64,000 nt of DNA from positions 30,938,001-31,002,000 of the forward strand of contig OZ024745.1 in the NCBI GenBank assembly GCA_964016885.1. Reading direction: 5' to 3'. Numbering within the stretch: the first letter of the stretch is position 1; the number at the start of each line of letters is the position of its first letter. This DNA comes from Eledone cirrhosa. Its lineage: Eukaryota. The translations under genes and the position numbers were made by a program. Below the pieces are notes generated by a model. The model did not search any database. It saw nothing but the letters and a program-made list of their open reading frames with translations, and was not told where the DNA came from. This document shows positions 14,135 through 26,464 of the stretch, one piece after another.

Positions 14135-14371
14135 ATCGTCTTCGAAGGTTCAACAGAAACTGGTTATCAAGGAGATATAGCCATCGATGATATAAATATA
14201 CACGATGGACCATGTCCTATTGATGCACAGATAAGACCAGTGTCGGTTCCTGATGTCAATGTTGTTTCTCTAGCAAACAATCAAACTGCTCTGCAATCTA
14301 TTAAGAAGAGAAGGCGAAAGCTACTGCGTCATTTACGCCGGAAAAATACTACAAACCACACAGGAACATAA
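14135..14371 (+). CDS. Terminal coding exon of the MAM-domain gene: MAM C-terminus plus basic tail
   Basis: Acceptor ttctctttacag. Encodes IVFEGSTETGYQGDIAIDDINIHDGPCP (canonical MAM end) then ...SIKKRRRKLLRHLRRKNTTNHTGT*. Joins the 5424-5537 exon in frame (TGYR|IVFEG). Absent from the ORF track because it has no start codon. Confidence 0.9.
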   Translation: MVFEGSTETGYQGDIAIDDINIHDGPCPIDAQIRPVSVPDVNVVSLANNQTALQSIKKRRRKLLRHLRRKNTTNHTGT

Positions 14372-14496
14372 TTGTTAGAGACAATAAATAGTCAGGCGAT
14401 GAAAAGATTGTCATGCATGCATAAATTTTATACACATACACGCGCGTTTTATACACATACACACATGCACACACACACACGTATATACACAGAGAC

Positions 14497-14534
<38 letters not shown>

Positions 14535-14965
14535 GTGTATACACACACGCATTTATGGATATATATGTTTGTGTGTATGTGTGTGTAACGTACATATGTG
14601 CATATATTCACATTTATACGTTTATACGCGCGCACATGTACACACACACCCACACACACACACACACTAAACAATCAAATTCTTCTCACTTTACAGCAGT
14701 AGACTTCCCTCTCTTCTCTCTATACGTTTAGGCTTTGTGTGTATATATATAGGTCTGAATAGATAGAAACATATTAATACGTATGTGTGACTATGTGTAT
14801 GTATGCCCTTGTTATCAAGACACATGTATATGTATTAATACACAAATACGAATATCTATGTGTATGAATATATAAATATACACATATGTATGTATATAAA
14901 TATATATTTATGTGTGTGAGTGAGTGCGTGTGTATATATGTACATATATGCATATACATATTTAC

Positions 14966-15041
<76 letters not shown>

Positions 15042-15058
15042 GTGTGTATATATATATA

Positions 15059-15118
<60 letters not shown>

Positions 15119-15880
15119 GAGCAAAATTAACTCGAATATCGAGTTTTGAAACGCGAATGTATTAGAATTCGTAGGAAAATAGAAAAACTCGGCGTAAGGA
15201 AGCTGTTAAAACACCAAAATTCCGTCGAAATGGCGTTGGGTAAAACATCACCTCGAAGGACAGAAATCAACAGGTCGAAGTGAGTTGACCCGAAGAATTG
15301 ATAGGAAGAAAGAAATAGAATGGATGAGAAGAGATCACAAGCATTAATTACGCTCATCAGATTTCAGACCACATGCAGTTTCAACGATTTAACTGAAATG
15401 ACTCGTAACAACGGAGAAATAAATATCTTCGTTGGTATAATGTTTGTGTTGCGACAGAGAGAGAGAGAAAAAATGCAGTGCATCCACTCGACCTTAAGTC
15501 GTCGCAAGAAATGAAGACACAATGGCACTGTAAGCGGAAGTGGCCTGTGTAAATATATATACATATGTAAGAATAACATTAAGAAAGATGCTGATGTTAC
15601 ATAAATCGTTTATTCATAATAATTATTTCAACGGTTCTCCCATGCAATCCAAGATGTAATTCATGCATTTGTTGTTGTTAGGAGAATGGTATCTTTAGAT
15701 GAAATTTAATTTTGTGATATGCCGCAGGCAGAAAAAAACACGTCCTTCTGTTCGTGCGCCCGGCAAAAGATGGCAGTCAACAGCACTTGGCAAGGACAGA
15801 AAAAGCCGCCGCTGATCGTGACCGTTGACGACTACTTACGGCTCGATGAGCGGAAAGGCGCGAAAGAACCTAAGACTAAG

Positions 15881-15914
<34 letters not shown>

Positions 15915-16250
15915 GATTATTTCTAGTTTCAATTTCTTTATTAGAATCTTCTTTTTCTCTCACACTCTCCTCTTTCTCTCTGTTACTCAGTCCACTCATT
16001 GTCACCTTTTTTTTAATCTTCGTTTGTATCCGTTGTTCTTTCAAATAATTTAGTTTGTAACTTTTTTATGTTATCATGTTACTTCTCGAATTCCCTTCTT
16101 TGCTGTAGAGCTAAATCTTTCTTCTTTCTGCATCTCCTACCTTACTTATTTAATCACATTATCTCTTCTCTCACTGTTCACTGTTTCCGCCATCCTTCCC
16201 AATATGTTATATGTATGCATGTACGTATGTGCGTATGCACAAATAAATAA

Positions 16251-16330
<80 letters not shown>

Positions 16331-16483
16331 AAACTTGGACGGGAACAAAAACAGAGAGGCAGTACAAATGAAAGTTTATTAGGTTCGCGCTCTTGAACCT
16401 ATATATATATATATATAGATATATATATGTAAATGTTTAACCCCGACGGCAGAGCTCAAACCGTTTCGACGGCTATTTCTGGA

Positions 16484-16564
<81 letters not shown>

Positions 16565-16567
<3 letters not shown>

Positions 16568-17014
16568 GTAATTAGGAATATTCCAAAGCTTGGTAGAACA
16601 AGTTGTGAGGAAAGTTATCAACATACGTTAAGGTGACTCAACAGGTTGGCAGGGATTCTGTGGTGGAAACACAAACAAACGAGGAGTGTAATAAAAAAAG
16701 AGAAATAGGACGAAGGTAAACAGTTACAAAAGGATTTAATCCACGTATTAACAATTGTTTCATCAGAATTTCAGTCCATTATTGCTACACTATGTCATAA
16801 TAGGCAATCAAGAAAGATACTGTGACATCCGAATTTTCAAAATACAAAGTTGAAATTTCAACTTTGTATTTTGAAAATTCGGATGTCACAGTATCTTTGT
16901 TGATTGCCTATTATGACATAGTGTAGCAATAATGGACTGAAATTCTGATGAAACAATTGTTAATACGTGGATTAAATCCTTTTGTAACTGTTTACCTTCG
17001 TCCTATTTCTCTTT
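16565..17014. mobile_element. Fold-back PLE-end insertion with 159-bp arms
   Basis: Near-perfect palindrome 16697-17014 centred at 16855/16856. Tail 16565-16696. (TA)n on both sides. Confidence 0.8.
16866..16966 (+). ncRNA. Variant hammerhead (U3-A8 core, ~70-nt stem II region)
   Basis: Stem I GTATT/AATAC. Core TTGAAAA at 16871. Stem II base TCGGA/TCTGA. GAAA at 16950. Palindromic stem III ACAATTGT. Predicted cut after GUU at 16961. Confidence 0.6.
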
Positions 17015-17031
17015 ATATATATATATATATA

Positions 17032-17241
17032 AATTTTGAGTATATGTTGGTTGTTTACCGACACCTCAGTATGCAGATTGGAGCACTCGACGAAGTACGC
17101 AGGCTGGTTTGTTACTCCGGGGTAATGTAAAATAATTAAGTCAAATGGGTAACTATTTGGCTTCGTTTATTATGAATTATAGATATACTTCTAATTTATA
17201 ATAAACGAAGCCAAATTTTTACCTATTGACTTAATTATTTT
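17032..17241 (-). mobile_element. Fold-back PLE-end-like insertion without a recognisable ribozyme
   Basis: Imperfect palindrome 17129-17241 plus a tail with GAGTGC on the minus strand (17083-17088), between TA tracts. Confidence 0.55.
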
Positions 17242-17350
17242 ATTTTATATATATATAATATATATATAATATATATATATAATATATGTCCCAAGGCTCT
17301 GATACCATCAACACCATAAACACAGAGCTGGCATATCTAAGAACTGACTA

Positions 17351-17406
17351 ACTGCCTGATGAGGTCATAGCCATTCAATGGCTATCATCGAAATATATAT
17401 AGCAGT
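17351..17406 (+). ncRNA. Type I hammerhead ribozyme in a short TA-flanked insert (17288-17451)
   Basis: Stem I ACTGC/GCAGT. CTGATGA at 17356. Stem II ATAGCCAT/ATGGCTAT. GAAA at 17390. Palindromic stem III ATATATAT. Predicted cut after 17401. AATAAA follows. Confidence 0.85.
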
Positions 17407-17447
17407 AAATAAAGGATTATGAGTTCATGCCATTGACTTATGTTTCG

Positions 17448-17496
<49 letters not shown>

Positions 17497-17508
17497 ATAT
17501 ACATATAT

Positions 17509-17558
<50 letters not shown>

Positions 17559-17580
17559 ATATAATATATATATATATATA

Positions 17581-17625
<45 letters not shown>

Positions 17626-17840
17626 GTGTGTGTGTGTATGTATGTATCTATGTATGTATCTGTGTATGTATGTATGTATGTATGTATGTATGCATGTATA
17701 TATGTATGTATGTATATATGTATGTGTGTATGAGCTCTGCCGTCGGGGTCATACTTTTTCCTATTACCCACTCTACTACCCTTAGTATTGAGTACTCTGG
17801 TGCGTTATGGTCCATCTGGTTCCTTACCACATTTCCTTTG

Positions 17841-17904
<64 letters not shown>

Positions 17905-18591
17905 GCCTGCCCGCTCAGCCAGAGGGATGGCATCATCGTATGGCTAAAACAGCACGTGCTGTGACCAGCTGCGCCGAATGGCGCCCGACAGACTGGTTGG
18001 TCAAGGTGATCAAGGTGATATATATATATATATATATTTATATATAAACATATTTAAAGCGTATAAATATATTAACATATATTTTTGTATATTTTGTGTA
18101 TATGCATGTATATACATATATATGTGTGTGTATAAGTGTACATATATATGAACACATATACATGTATATATATTCACTCAATTGGTTATTAAAAAATATT
18201 TATAACTTAAATAATAATAATAATGATAAGAATATTAACAATAATATTAACTCACTATAACCCTACTAAAACTATCGATTATTTGAACTCTGAACACTAA
18301 AGATTGATATTAACCTTGCTCCCAACCAACACAACCATCTGCTTACTCGATCTATGAACATTTCAGAGGATGTAAACGGGATGAATTATATTTCCTTGAA
18401 ATAAATATTTATAATAAACATTATTCAATAATATATATATCCGAAACATGTTGTAGCTCACGATATTTTTCAATGAAGTCTTAATGATCAAATGCATGTT
18501 GATTATTTTTAAAAAACTGAATGTATTGATTTATTTTGTGTGGCGCGGTGAATTGGGAGAAACGGTGCTAAAACGTTTTGTTAAGACAATG

Positions 18592-18793
18592 TACGAGTGT
18601 CGGCAGAAACGTTCATAGGCTGACCAAGATACTCACATGAAATGACCAAATGAGATTTATTTTTCAATATAGTTCCTGGAAAGAAACAATGCAGTTATTA
18701 ATAAGAAGAGTTGAAATTAATGCATGCAAGATTTCACGGTTCTAGCATCACTTCTTCGTAGTCAGCTTATGAACTTTTCAGTCAACCTTCGTA
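18592..18793. mobile_element. Mariner-type MITE (~200 bp)
   Basis: Degenerate TIRs TACGAG...GTTCATAGGCTGAC / GTCAGCTTATGAACTTTTCAGTCAACCTTCGTA with TA ends. Homologous copies at 54822 and 55911. Confidence 0.75.
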
Positions 18794-18899
18794 TGTATGT
18801 ACCCGTAAATGCTGGCGATTTAATCCATAGAAAGTGACGGAGTGATAAGGAGAAGTGAGATAGAGAGGAAGAATCGACACTAGTACTTGACTTAGACTT

Positions 18900-19587
18900 T
18901 TTATAGACCTCAAAAAAAATTAAAGGCAAAATTTGAACCATATTATTGCCAACTGTGGAAGAATATCTTCTCGTTACTACCTCCCCATGAGGCATGATGT
19001 GATAACTAGAAGGATATGGAATGCATTATGGAAGGCAAAAATCAAATCAAATAGGGAAGAATATGTTGAGGTTGATGGCTGAAGGCAATAGTGGTGGAAC
19101 CTAGTAAATAAAAACTGTTACCATATTAAAACATAACCGGCCTGATATTGTTGTTTAGGACGACAATACATTAAAAACATGCTCCGTTGTAGAAATTAGC
19201 TGCCCACTTGATGCCAATGTGGGAAGAAAAATGCAAGAGAAGGAAAATATCTATGGACCATTGATGAAGTTTACATGGAAAATATCTATGGACCATTGAT
19301 AGACGTTCAGCTTCATACCCATCATTATTGGAGCTACAGGTTATATACCAACTCGCCTTGACCAAAGTATAACTGAACTTGGATTTGCGGAAAAAGAACC
19401 TCACTCCTTAATTCATAAACTACAAATGGTCGCGATATCTGGAACCTTCAAAATCTGTAAAACATTCTTAATATTCAAAGGATGAACGATTACACAAGAG
19501 ACGGCGGCTATTTCCTTTTCTTCACAACCTCGCCACCGGGAAGGTGGCCAGTCAAAAATAAATTTGAAATTAAGAGATAGAAAACAT
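18900..19587 (+). mobile_element. 3' end of an RLE-type non-LTR retrotransposon (R4/Dong-like)
   Basis: Translates to KHNRPDIVV*DDNTLKTCSVVEISCPLDANV...KENIYGPL...FIPIIIGATGYIP...KLQMVAISGTFKICKTFL (PD-(D/E)xK restriction-like endonuclease). Followed by a UTR and (CATA)n. Confidence 0.75.
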
Positions 19588-19786
19588 GCATACATACATA
19601 CATACATACATACATACATACATACATACATACATACATACATACATACATACATACATACATACATACATACATGTGTGTGTATGCACATCCCCAATTT
19701 GTCATTATATTTCCGGGTAAACTTCATAGTCTAATTCAGTTCAGTTTATTCTTATTGTATATAAAATAAAATAAGTAAATACGATA

Positions 19787-19860
19787 TTTACTGCACCTAA
19801 GTTCCCAAAGAGGTCACCCATCTAAGAACCAACCAGGGTTGACGTTGCTAAAATTCACTG
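19787..19860 (-). pseudogene. 5S rRNA-derived fragment (3' portion)
   Basis: Minus strand TTAGCAACGTCAACCCTGGTTGGTTCTTAGATGGGTGACCTCTTTGGGAACTTAGGTGCAGTAA resembles the metazoan 5S internal control region and 3' end, with many substitutions. Confidence 0.7.
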
Positions 19861-20023
19861 CGTAGATAATGATTTTTTTTTTTTTTTTTCCTTATGTGAT
19901 ATGGTCATAAGTTGTTCCTTGAAACAGATGGTCATACAACTGTTATGGTGTATGAATAATTCTTGCTACCATCCGGGTGGTCACAGATGGCGTTACATAT
20001 ATATACTTATGTATATACATATG

Positions 20024-20109
<86 letters not shown>

Positions 20110-20143
20110 TACACATATATGTGTGTATACACATCTCTCTCTC

Positions 20144-20181
<38 letters not shown>

Positions 20182-20272
20182 GTGCACTCACTGAATTTAT
20201 TTTACACATTTGTTGGATAATAGTGAGGCATTTTTAGACCATATATTATTTTTGGATTATTTTATCTATATG

Positions 20273-20963
20273 TAAGCTTCACTGTATCTTCTGAGAAAGA
20301 TACAGTAAGCTTCACTGTATCTTCTGAGAAAGATACAGTAAGCTTCACTGTATCTTCTAAGAAAGATACAGTAAGCTTCACTGTATCTTCTGAGAAAGAT
20401 ACAGTAATCTTCACTGTATCTTCTGAGAAAGATACAGTAAGCTTCACTGTATCTTCTGAGAAAGATACAGTAAGCTTCACTGTATCTTCTGAGAAAGATA
20501 CAGTAAGCTTCACTGTATCTTCTGAGAAAGATACAGTAAGCTTCACTGTATCTTCTAAGAAAGATACAGTAAGCTTCACTGTATCTTCTAAGAAAGATAC
20601 AGTAAGCTTCACTGTATCTTCTAAGAAAGATACAGTAAGCTTCACTGTATCTTCTAAGAAAGATACAGTAAGCTTCACTGTATCTTCTAAGAAAGATACA
20701 GTAAGCTTCACTGTATCTTCTAAGAAAGATACAGTAAGCTTCACTGTATCTTCTGAGAAAGATACAGTAAGCTTCACTGTATCTTCTGAGAAAGATACAG
20801 TAAGCTTCACTGTATCTTCTGAGAAAGATACAGTAAGCTTCACTGTATCTTCTAAGAAAGATACAGTAAGCTTCACTGTATCTTCTAAGAAAGATACAGT
20901 AAGCTTCACTGTATCTTCTGAGAAAGATACAGTAAGCTTCACTGTATCTTCTGAGAAAGATAC
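20273..20963. repeat. 33-bp minisatellite, ~21 copies, internally palindromic
   Basis: Unit GTAAGCTTCACTGTATCTTCT(G/A)AGAAAGATACA. Confidence 0.95.
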
Positions 20964-21673
20964 ATGTGCCTGTGGGCATATGAAGCGTAATTATTAGTCC
21001 ATAACTATACACATCGTTATTCTACTAAGATTCTATTATTCTATATAAGGCGGTCACTTGGCAGAGTTGTTAAAACGTTGGATGCAATGATTTGCGATAT
21101 TTGTTCTCGCTCTGAATTCAAATCCCGACGAGTTGAACTTTTATCCTTTCATCCTTTCAAGGTCGAAAAAAAAACTACCAGTCTAATACTCTATCGCTTT
21201 CTCGTTTCCATTCTCTCTATATCTCTGTTCTTCTCTAGAAAAATTCTGTTGTGTTCAGTCCTGGGGAGGAGATGGGCTCTGTCAAGTTTAAAACATGACC
21301 AAGAAACATGGTATGTCACTGCGGCGTCCCTACGACTCGCCAGGAGTTATAGGTACATACATATATTATTCTGTTATTCTTTTGCAAGTTTCAGTCTTTG
21401 CAATGCAGACAGGTTGGGTAAAAAAAAAAAATAAAAATAAAAAATCCTATCAACCTCAGGACATATTTCAGTCTGGTAATAATTAATTTATCATTCTGTA
21501 TTTTATTGATCGGCTAAGTTGCTGTTTTGACCGACACCTGCCTTGCTTTATATTTAACCTTAGTTATGTTTTCAAGGATACGGTGGAGCCTATGCTAGGA
21601 AAGAGAAAAAATGGCCAAAGAAAAGATACAAAATAAAATTGAATTTGAAATGTCTTAAATTATGTTACAAAAC

Positions 21674-21775
21674 AGATAGGGAAGCATGGCAGATAGGGAA
21701 GCATGGCAGATAGAGAAGCATGGCAGATAGGGAAGCATGGCAGATAGGGAAGCATGGCAGGAGTAGGGAAGCATG
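21674..21775. repeat. 17-bp tandem repeat, ~6 copies
   Basis: Unit CAGATAGGGAAGCATGG. Confidence 0.9.
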
Positions 21776-22318
21776 CAAACTACGATTTAAGAGTGCTGTT
21801 AAATTGCGAACTTGACAGAGTTAATACATGTCTGAAATGAAAAGATAAAGTTCGTAAAAAAAGAAATTAATAGCAATAGCGTTAGGATGTATGTCTTATG
21901 GCCCGTAACTCCAGATAAAATCGGAGGAGCGTTGTTGTGACAACAACAACGCTCCTCCGACATTTCTCGGGTAGTCTTAAATCTGACTGAGCCCATCCCC
22001 TCTCCCCAGGTTTGAACACGGCCGATTACTTCCCGAGAAGAATAAAGAGTGAGAGAAAGGAAGTGAAAAAGAGACATAGAGGAAAGAATCGACCCCAGTA
22101 CTAATCTAGTACTTTCTTATCAACCTCCACAGAAAAAGAGAGATGGGTAGAGAGGAAGTGGGAAAGAGATATAGAGGAAGGATCGACCCCTGTACTGGTA
22201 CTTTTTCTATCGACCTCGAAAGGATGAACGGCAAAGATGACCTAAAACGTAGTGTAGAATCTTATTTCCGTTTGAATCATTTCTTTGATAGTTTACTCTC
22301 TCTCTCTCTCTCTCTCTA

Positions 22319-22425
<107 letters not shown>

Positions 22426-23729
22426 TTCTCTCGCTCTCTCTCTGTTCCAAGATAAATCCTCAACTAACTTGTCAAATCAGTTAGCAAAAGGGTGAGAACA
22501 ATTTTGAGGAAGAATCTAGAGATAATTTTCAAATTTCAATCCTTCACTATCTCAGCCAGAACTGTCAACAGATACTGAAAAATGTTAATAAAGACTATGC
22601 TGGATTTGAATGGGACATAGACGGTTGAATTATATTTTATCACGAACAGGTCAGAGAGAATCACCTCTATATTCTTGTGGAGACTGGCCAGCCGTAAACT
22701 TTTTAGCACTATTGGTTCCAATGTTGAATCTATCAGTCTGAGAGAGAGGACATCTTGAAACTGATCTTCAAAAAAACTACCAAGATTGGAGATACAATAT
22801 ATTGTCAAACTTCTATCAGCTATAAACAAGATCTTTCAGTACATGGAGGTCACGAAAAGATTCAACAACAGAAACATTTAGCTGCTTTCTAGCTGTCCTT
22901 GATTTTCATCTTTTTTTTTTAAATCTTATTTACCTCTCTTTTTTTTAATCTTATTTACCTCTCTTATTTAACCTTATTTTGGCTCTCGCTGGTCTTCCCG
23001 GTTTTTATTCTCTCTTGTTTTTGTTTCTTAACTGTAAAGGGTACTAGATACCTCTCCTAGTCTGCTGTGGCTTACTAGCTCTATACGTTGATTAAATAAA
23101 TAAATAAATAAATAAATAAACAAAAAAACAAATGAATTAATAAATACCCTATGTATATTGAAAGATCACACTTGAAAAGACTTCCAGTGTTTGAAAAGAA
23201 GTGAAAACAATGAATGTCTGGTTGATAATATTCTAAATTGGCACATACTTGCAAGTATAGCAACTACTTATTCGCATTTAGTTTCAATTACTAGTTGGAA
23301 AGCTAAGAAAAGACGTTTTTGCCTGTTTAAAATTATATTGGAGTATGAAAAAAGTATCTTTGTTATTAAGAATACTGCAGCTTAATGCTGATTGCGTTTC
23401 TGCTTTAACGTTAGAAGCGTACGTTTTCTATAGAACACTAAAAGAACATTTAAACCATTGTGCTGTTAATATCTTTTATAACTATTTAACCTATTTATAC
23501 AAGTAACTGATTTATCCTGTTGAAAAGATAGCATTGCATACGAGTTCTCTGCTCATACTTAAAACTCGTCAAACTAGTAGCATTTTTATTTCTTGATACT
23601 TTTTTATATAATTGTCTGCTGGTGGATTTTGTATTTCGCTCTATATCTTCACCATTAACAAGAGGAAGGCAACGACGACAACAGTGTCATTAACAACAAC
23701 AACTCTACCATTAACAAGAGGAAGCCAAC

Positions 23730-25058
23730 CCCAGCATCAGTGACTCACCAGCCACTTGGTCCTATGACAAACTGCTCAGTTGCTCGCATGTGTGCGTGCT
23801 GAACTCTGGGTCTTTCGGCTGGGAACAACCCCTTGTTTTCTCCCCCCCCCCTGTTTTTGTGTACATCCATCCATTCACTCATTCATTTACTGCCATTCTA
23901 CCTTCCTGTGTCACCCCCCCCCCCCTCCATGCAGCCCCTTTTCGCTCTCGTTTTCTGGCATCTCCATATATATAGGTGAGCTATGCTGCCCTCTTACCAG
24001 CACTTTCCCTTTCACCCACACACGCCAGCCACCCACCCCTGATGCCGCTCGGTTCCCCAGTCCCTGGCCCCACGCCCTATCCCCCACCCCTCCAAATCGA
24101 CACCTGCAGCACTTGCGGCACCACTAACAAATGGAAGAGGGGCCGGAACTGTTTGGGTGCGGCTGCTTCCACCACCTCACCTGCGTTGGCTTGACTCGTC
24201 GAGTTTCCAATGCCCTCGCAGCGTGGAGGTGCAGGAGCTGCCTCTCCCCCCACGTCTTCCCAGCCACGGCCGTCTGGCACACCACCAGATGGGACAGCGA
24301 GCTTGCCTGACGCCCGAGCCTCGCTGGTCAACATCGCTCGGCTCAGGCGGCTCCGGAAGATCCCACTCAGGATCCCGAGAGCGGCACGGGTGCTGGTAGC
24401 TGATGCCCTCGCTTCCTCGATTGAGAGCGCCCTGGACTCCAATCAAGCCAGTGACTGGGAGCGGCTGTTCTATTTCGCCCCACTCGCCCTCGGCCTCCCC
24501 AGCTCTGGCGCTGACCGAGGCGGCCGGTCAACAGCAGCCTTCGTCAAGGCCAATGTCTCGTCATTTGGGCGAGCGTCCATTCCAAGCGTGCCCAGGGACG
24601 CCACACACCCCACTCTCAGGTACCTCCTATCCTCCACTCCCGAGGCCAGCGCCAAGCGTTTGCGTGACCAGGTTCTGCTGCACGTCGGGCTGGGGGGGGC
24701 CAAACTCCTCAAATACCGGTCGCTCTCCGGCAGGTTTGCGGTCGTTCCCCTGGCAGTGGAGACTTCTGGTGTCCTCGGCCCCAGGGCTACCTCCTTACTC
24801 ACCACCATAGGCGCTGAGCTGGCCAGCCGCAGGTGTGAGCCCCGCGAGTTGGAGTGGCTTTTCCAGCGCGTCTCCCTTGCCGTCCTCCGGGGAAACGCCT
24901 TCTCCATTCTGTCCGCCGGGGCTGTGGGTGGGCCCCATCGCGTACCAATACATTAGTTAAATACCATTATTTCATCTGATACAACACAATAAAGACTAAC
25001 GTGTTTAAAAGATTGAAAAATAAATAAAAAATTGATGTTGAAGTAAAAAAAAAAAAAT
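23730..25058 (+). mobile_element. Internally deleted CRE-clade non-LTR retrotransposon with an open 248-aa ORF (24210-24956)
   Basis: GC-rich island. N-terminal RIPRAARVLVADALASSI...DWERLFYFAPLAL is fused to the RLE C-terminus KYRSL...VPLAVETSGVLGPRA...LFQRVSLAVLRGNAFSIL. No RT. A-rich tail near 25015-25058. Boundaries are approximate. Confidence 0.75.
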
Positions 25059-26024
25059 GATATTCCCTACATATGATAGTGCTCAGCCTTTTGATATTTC
25101 ATAGCATTTACTTGTTTTCTGTTGAATTCGATAAAGCTTTAGGGTTTAAATGACTTAATCTACGAAGGAGGGGGAGATTAGGAGGCATACTTTGGTTCTT
25201 AATTGAGGTGATAATCAGGGCAATAAAAATAATTATTATATAATATAAAAAATAGAGAGGATGGGAGAGAGAGATATTCTTAAGTACTGTTGTACCGTAA
25301 GAGTTATGTGTGTACGTATGAACCCGTAATTCCTGGTGGAGCCGTATGGGCTCCGTAATAGATACAGCGTTTCTTGGACATCTTTTAAACCTAGCGAAGC
25401 CAATCCCCTCTCCAGGTCTGAACATAATTTCTTCCAGAGAAGGATAGAAAGAGGCATAGAGTCGGAAAGTGAGAAGGAGATGTAGCGTAGCGTTTCCTGT
25501 GATGCTGTCGTGGGCCAAAACAGCCCCTCGCTATGTCCTATTTGGGTTTATTCATTTGTAAAGTTATGTGTTGAGAATAATAGGAAGTTAAAGGCCGTAT
25601 AACTAAAATTAAAGCAGCTGGAACATATATTGAAAATAATCTGGATGTTATCTCTGTAAATCATAAATAACTAAAATAATCTGTATTATAAAAGAAGGCC
25701 TGTTTCTCTGTCTGTCTGTCTCTTACACATCTTAACTATAATAGAAAAAAGTGCAGTTAAAGATCAAAAAAAGGCGGCTTTGGCATGGTTTAAATCATAG
25801 GGCCCTCAGTTTTACACAGATGAACTTAACGGTTGCAGAAATGTATTGAACTAAATGGAACATATATTGAAAAATAAACCGTTTTTTTCCAACTATCCTT
25901 TTTCAACGAACTTTTTGAAATCCCCTCGTATACACACACACGCACACACATATATATATATATATATGATGATGATTTCCCGAATGAAACAGTTCTATTC
26001 CTGTAGAAGCCGTTTCTATATTAA

Positions 26025-26132
<108 letters not shown>

Positions 26133-26464
26133 GTGAGTGCGCGTGTGTGTGTGCGTGCGCGTGTGTGTGTGCGTGTGTGTTACTCTATTACGTGTTATAG
26201 CCGATAGGCTGAGATTATGCTGCAGCATCACTAATATAAATAAAATAGAGAAACGTACAGACCATACTTTCAATATTTTCAAATGTTATAAACATTACAA
26301 ATCCCTTACGGGGTCGATAAAATAAAGTACCAGTAATGTACTGGCCTTGTGCCAAAGGTTGAAATAATTAATATGTGTATACTTTTAATTTACAATACTT
26401 TGAAACTGATTTTTAAACAAGGTAATTACAGTTTTAATTACAGTTTTAATTACAGTTTTAATGA

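Noticed and set aside
15833-15881. TCGATGA-GCG...CGC-GAAAG hammerhead-like motif next to TA
   Set aside because: Non-canonical core and poor stem I. Not counted as a ribozyme.
20262-21012. 226-aa and 248-aa repeat ORFs; CRISPR-like palindromic repeat
   Set aside because: Stop-free frames of a 33-bp minisatellite. No spacers, no cas genes, eukaryotic context.
22540-22900. Possible I-clade LINE 3' remnant
   Set aside because: Too degenerate to assign by eye.
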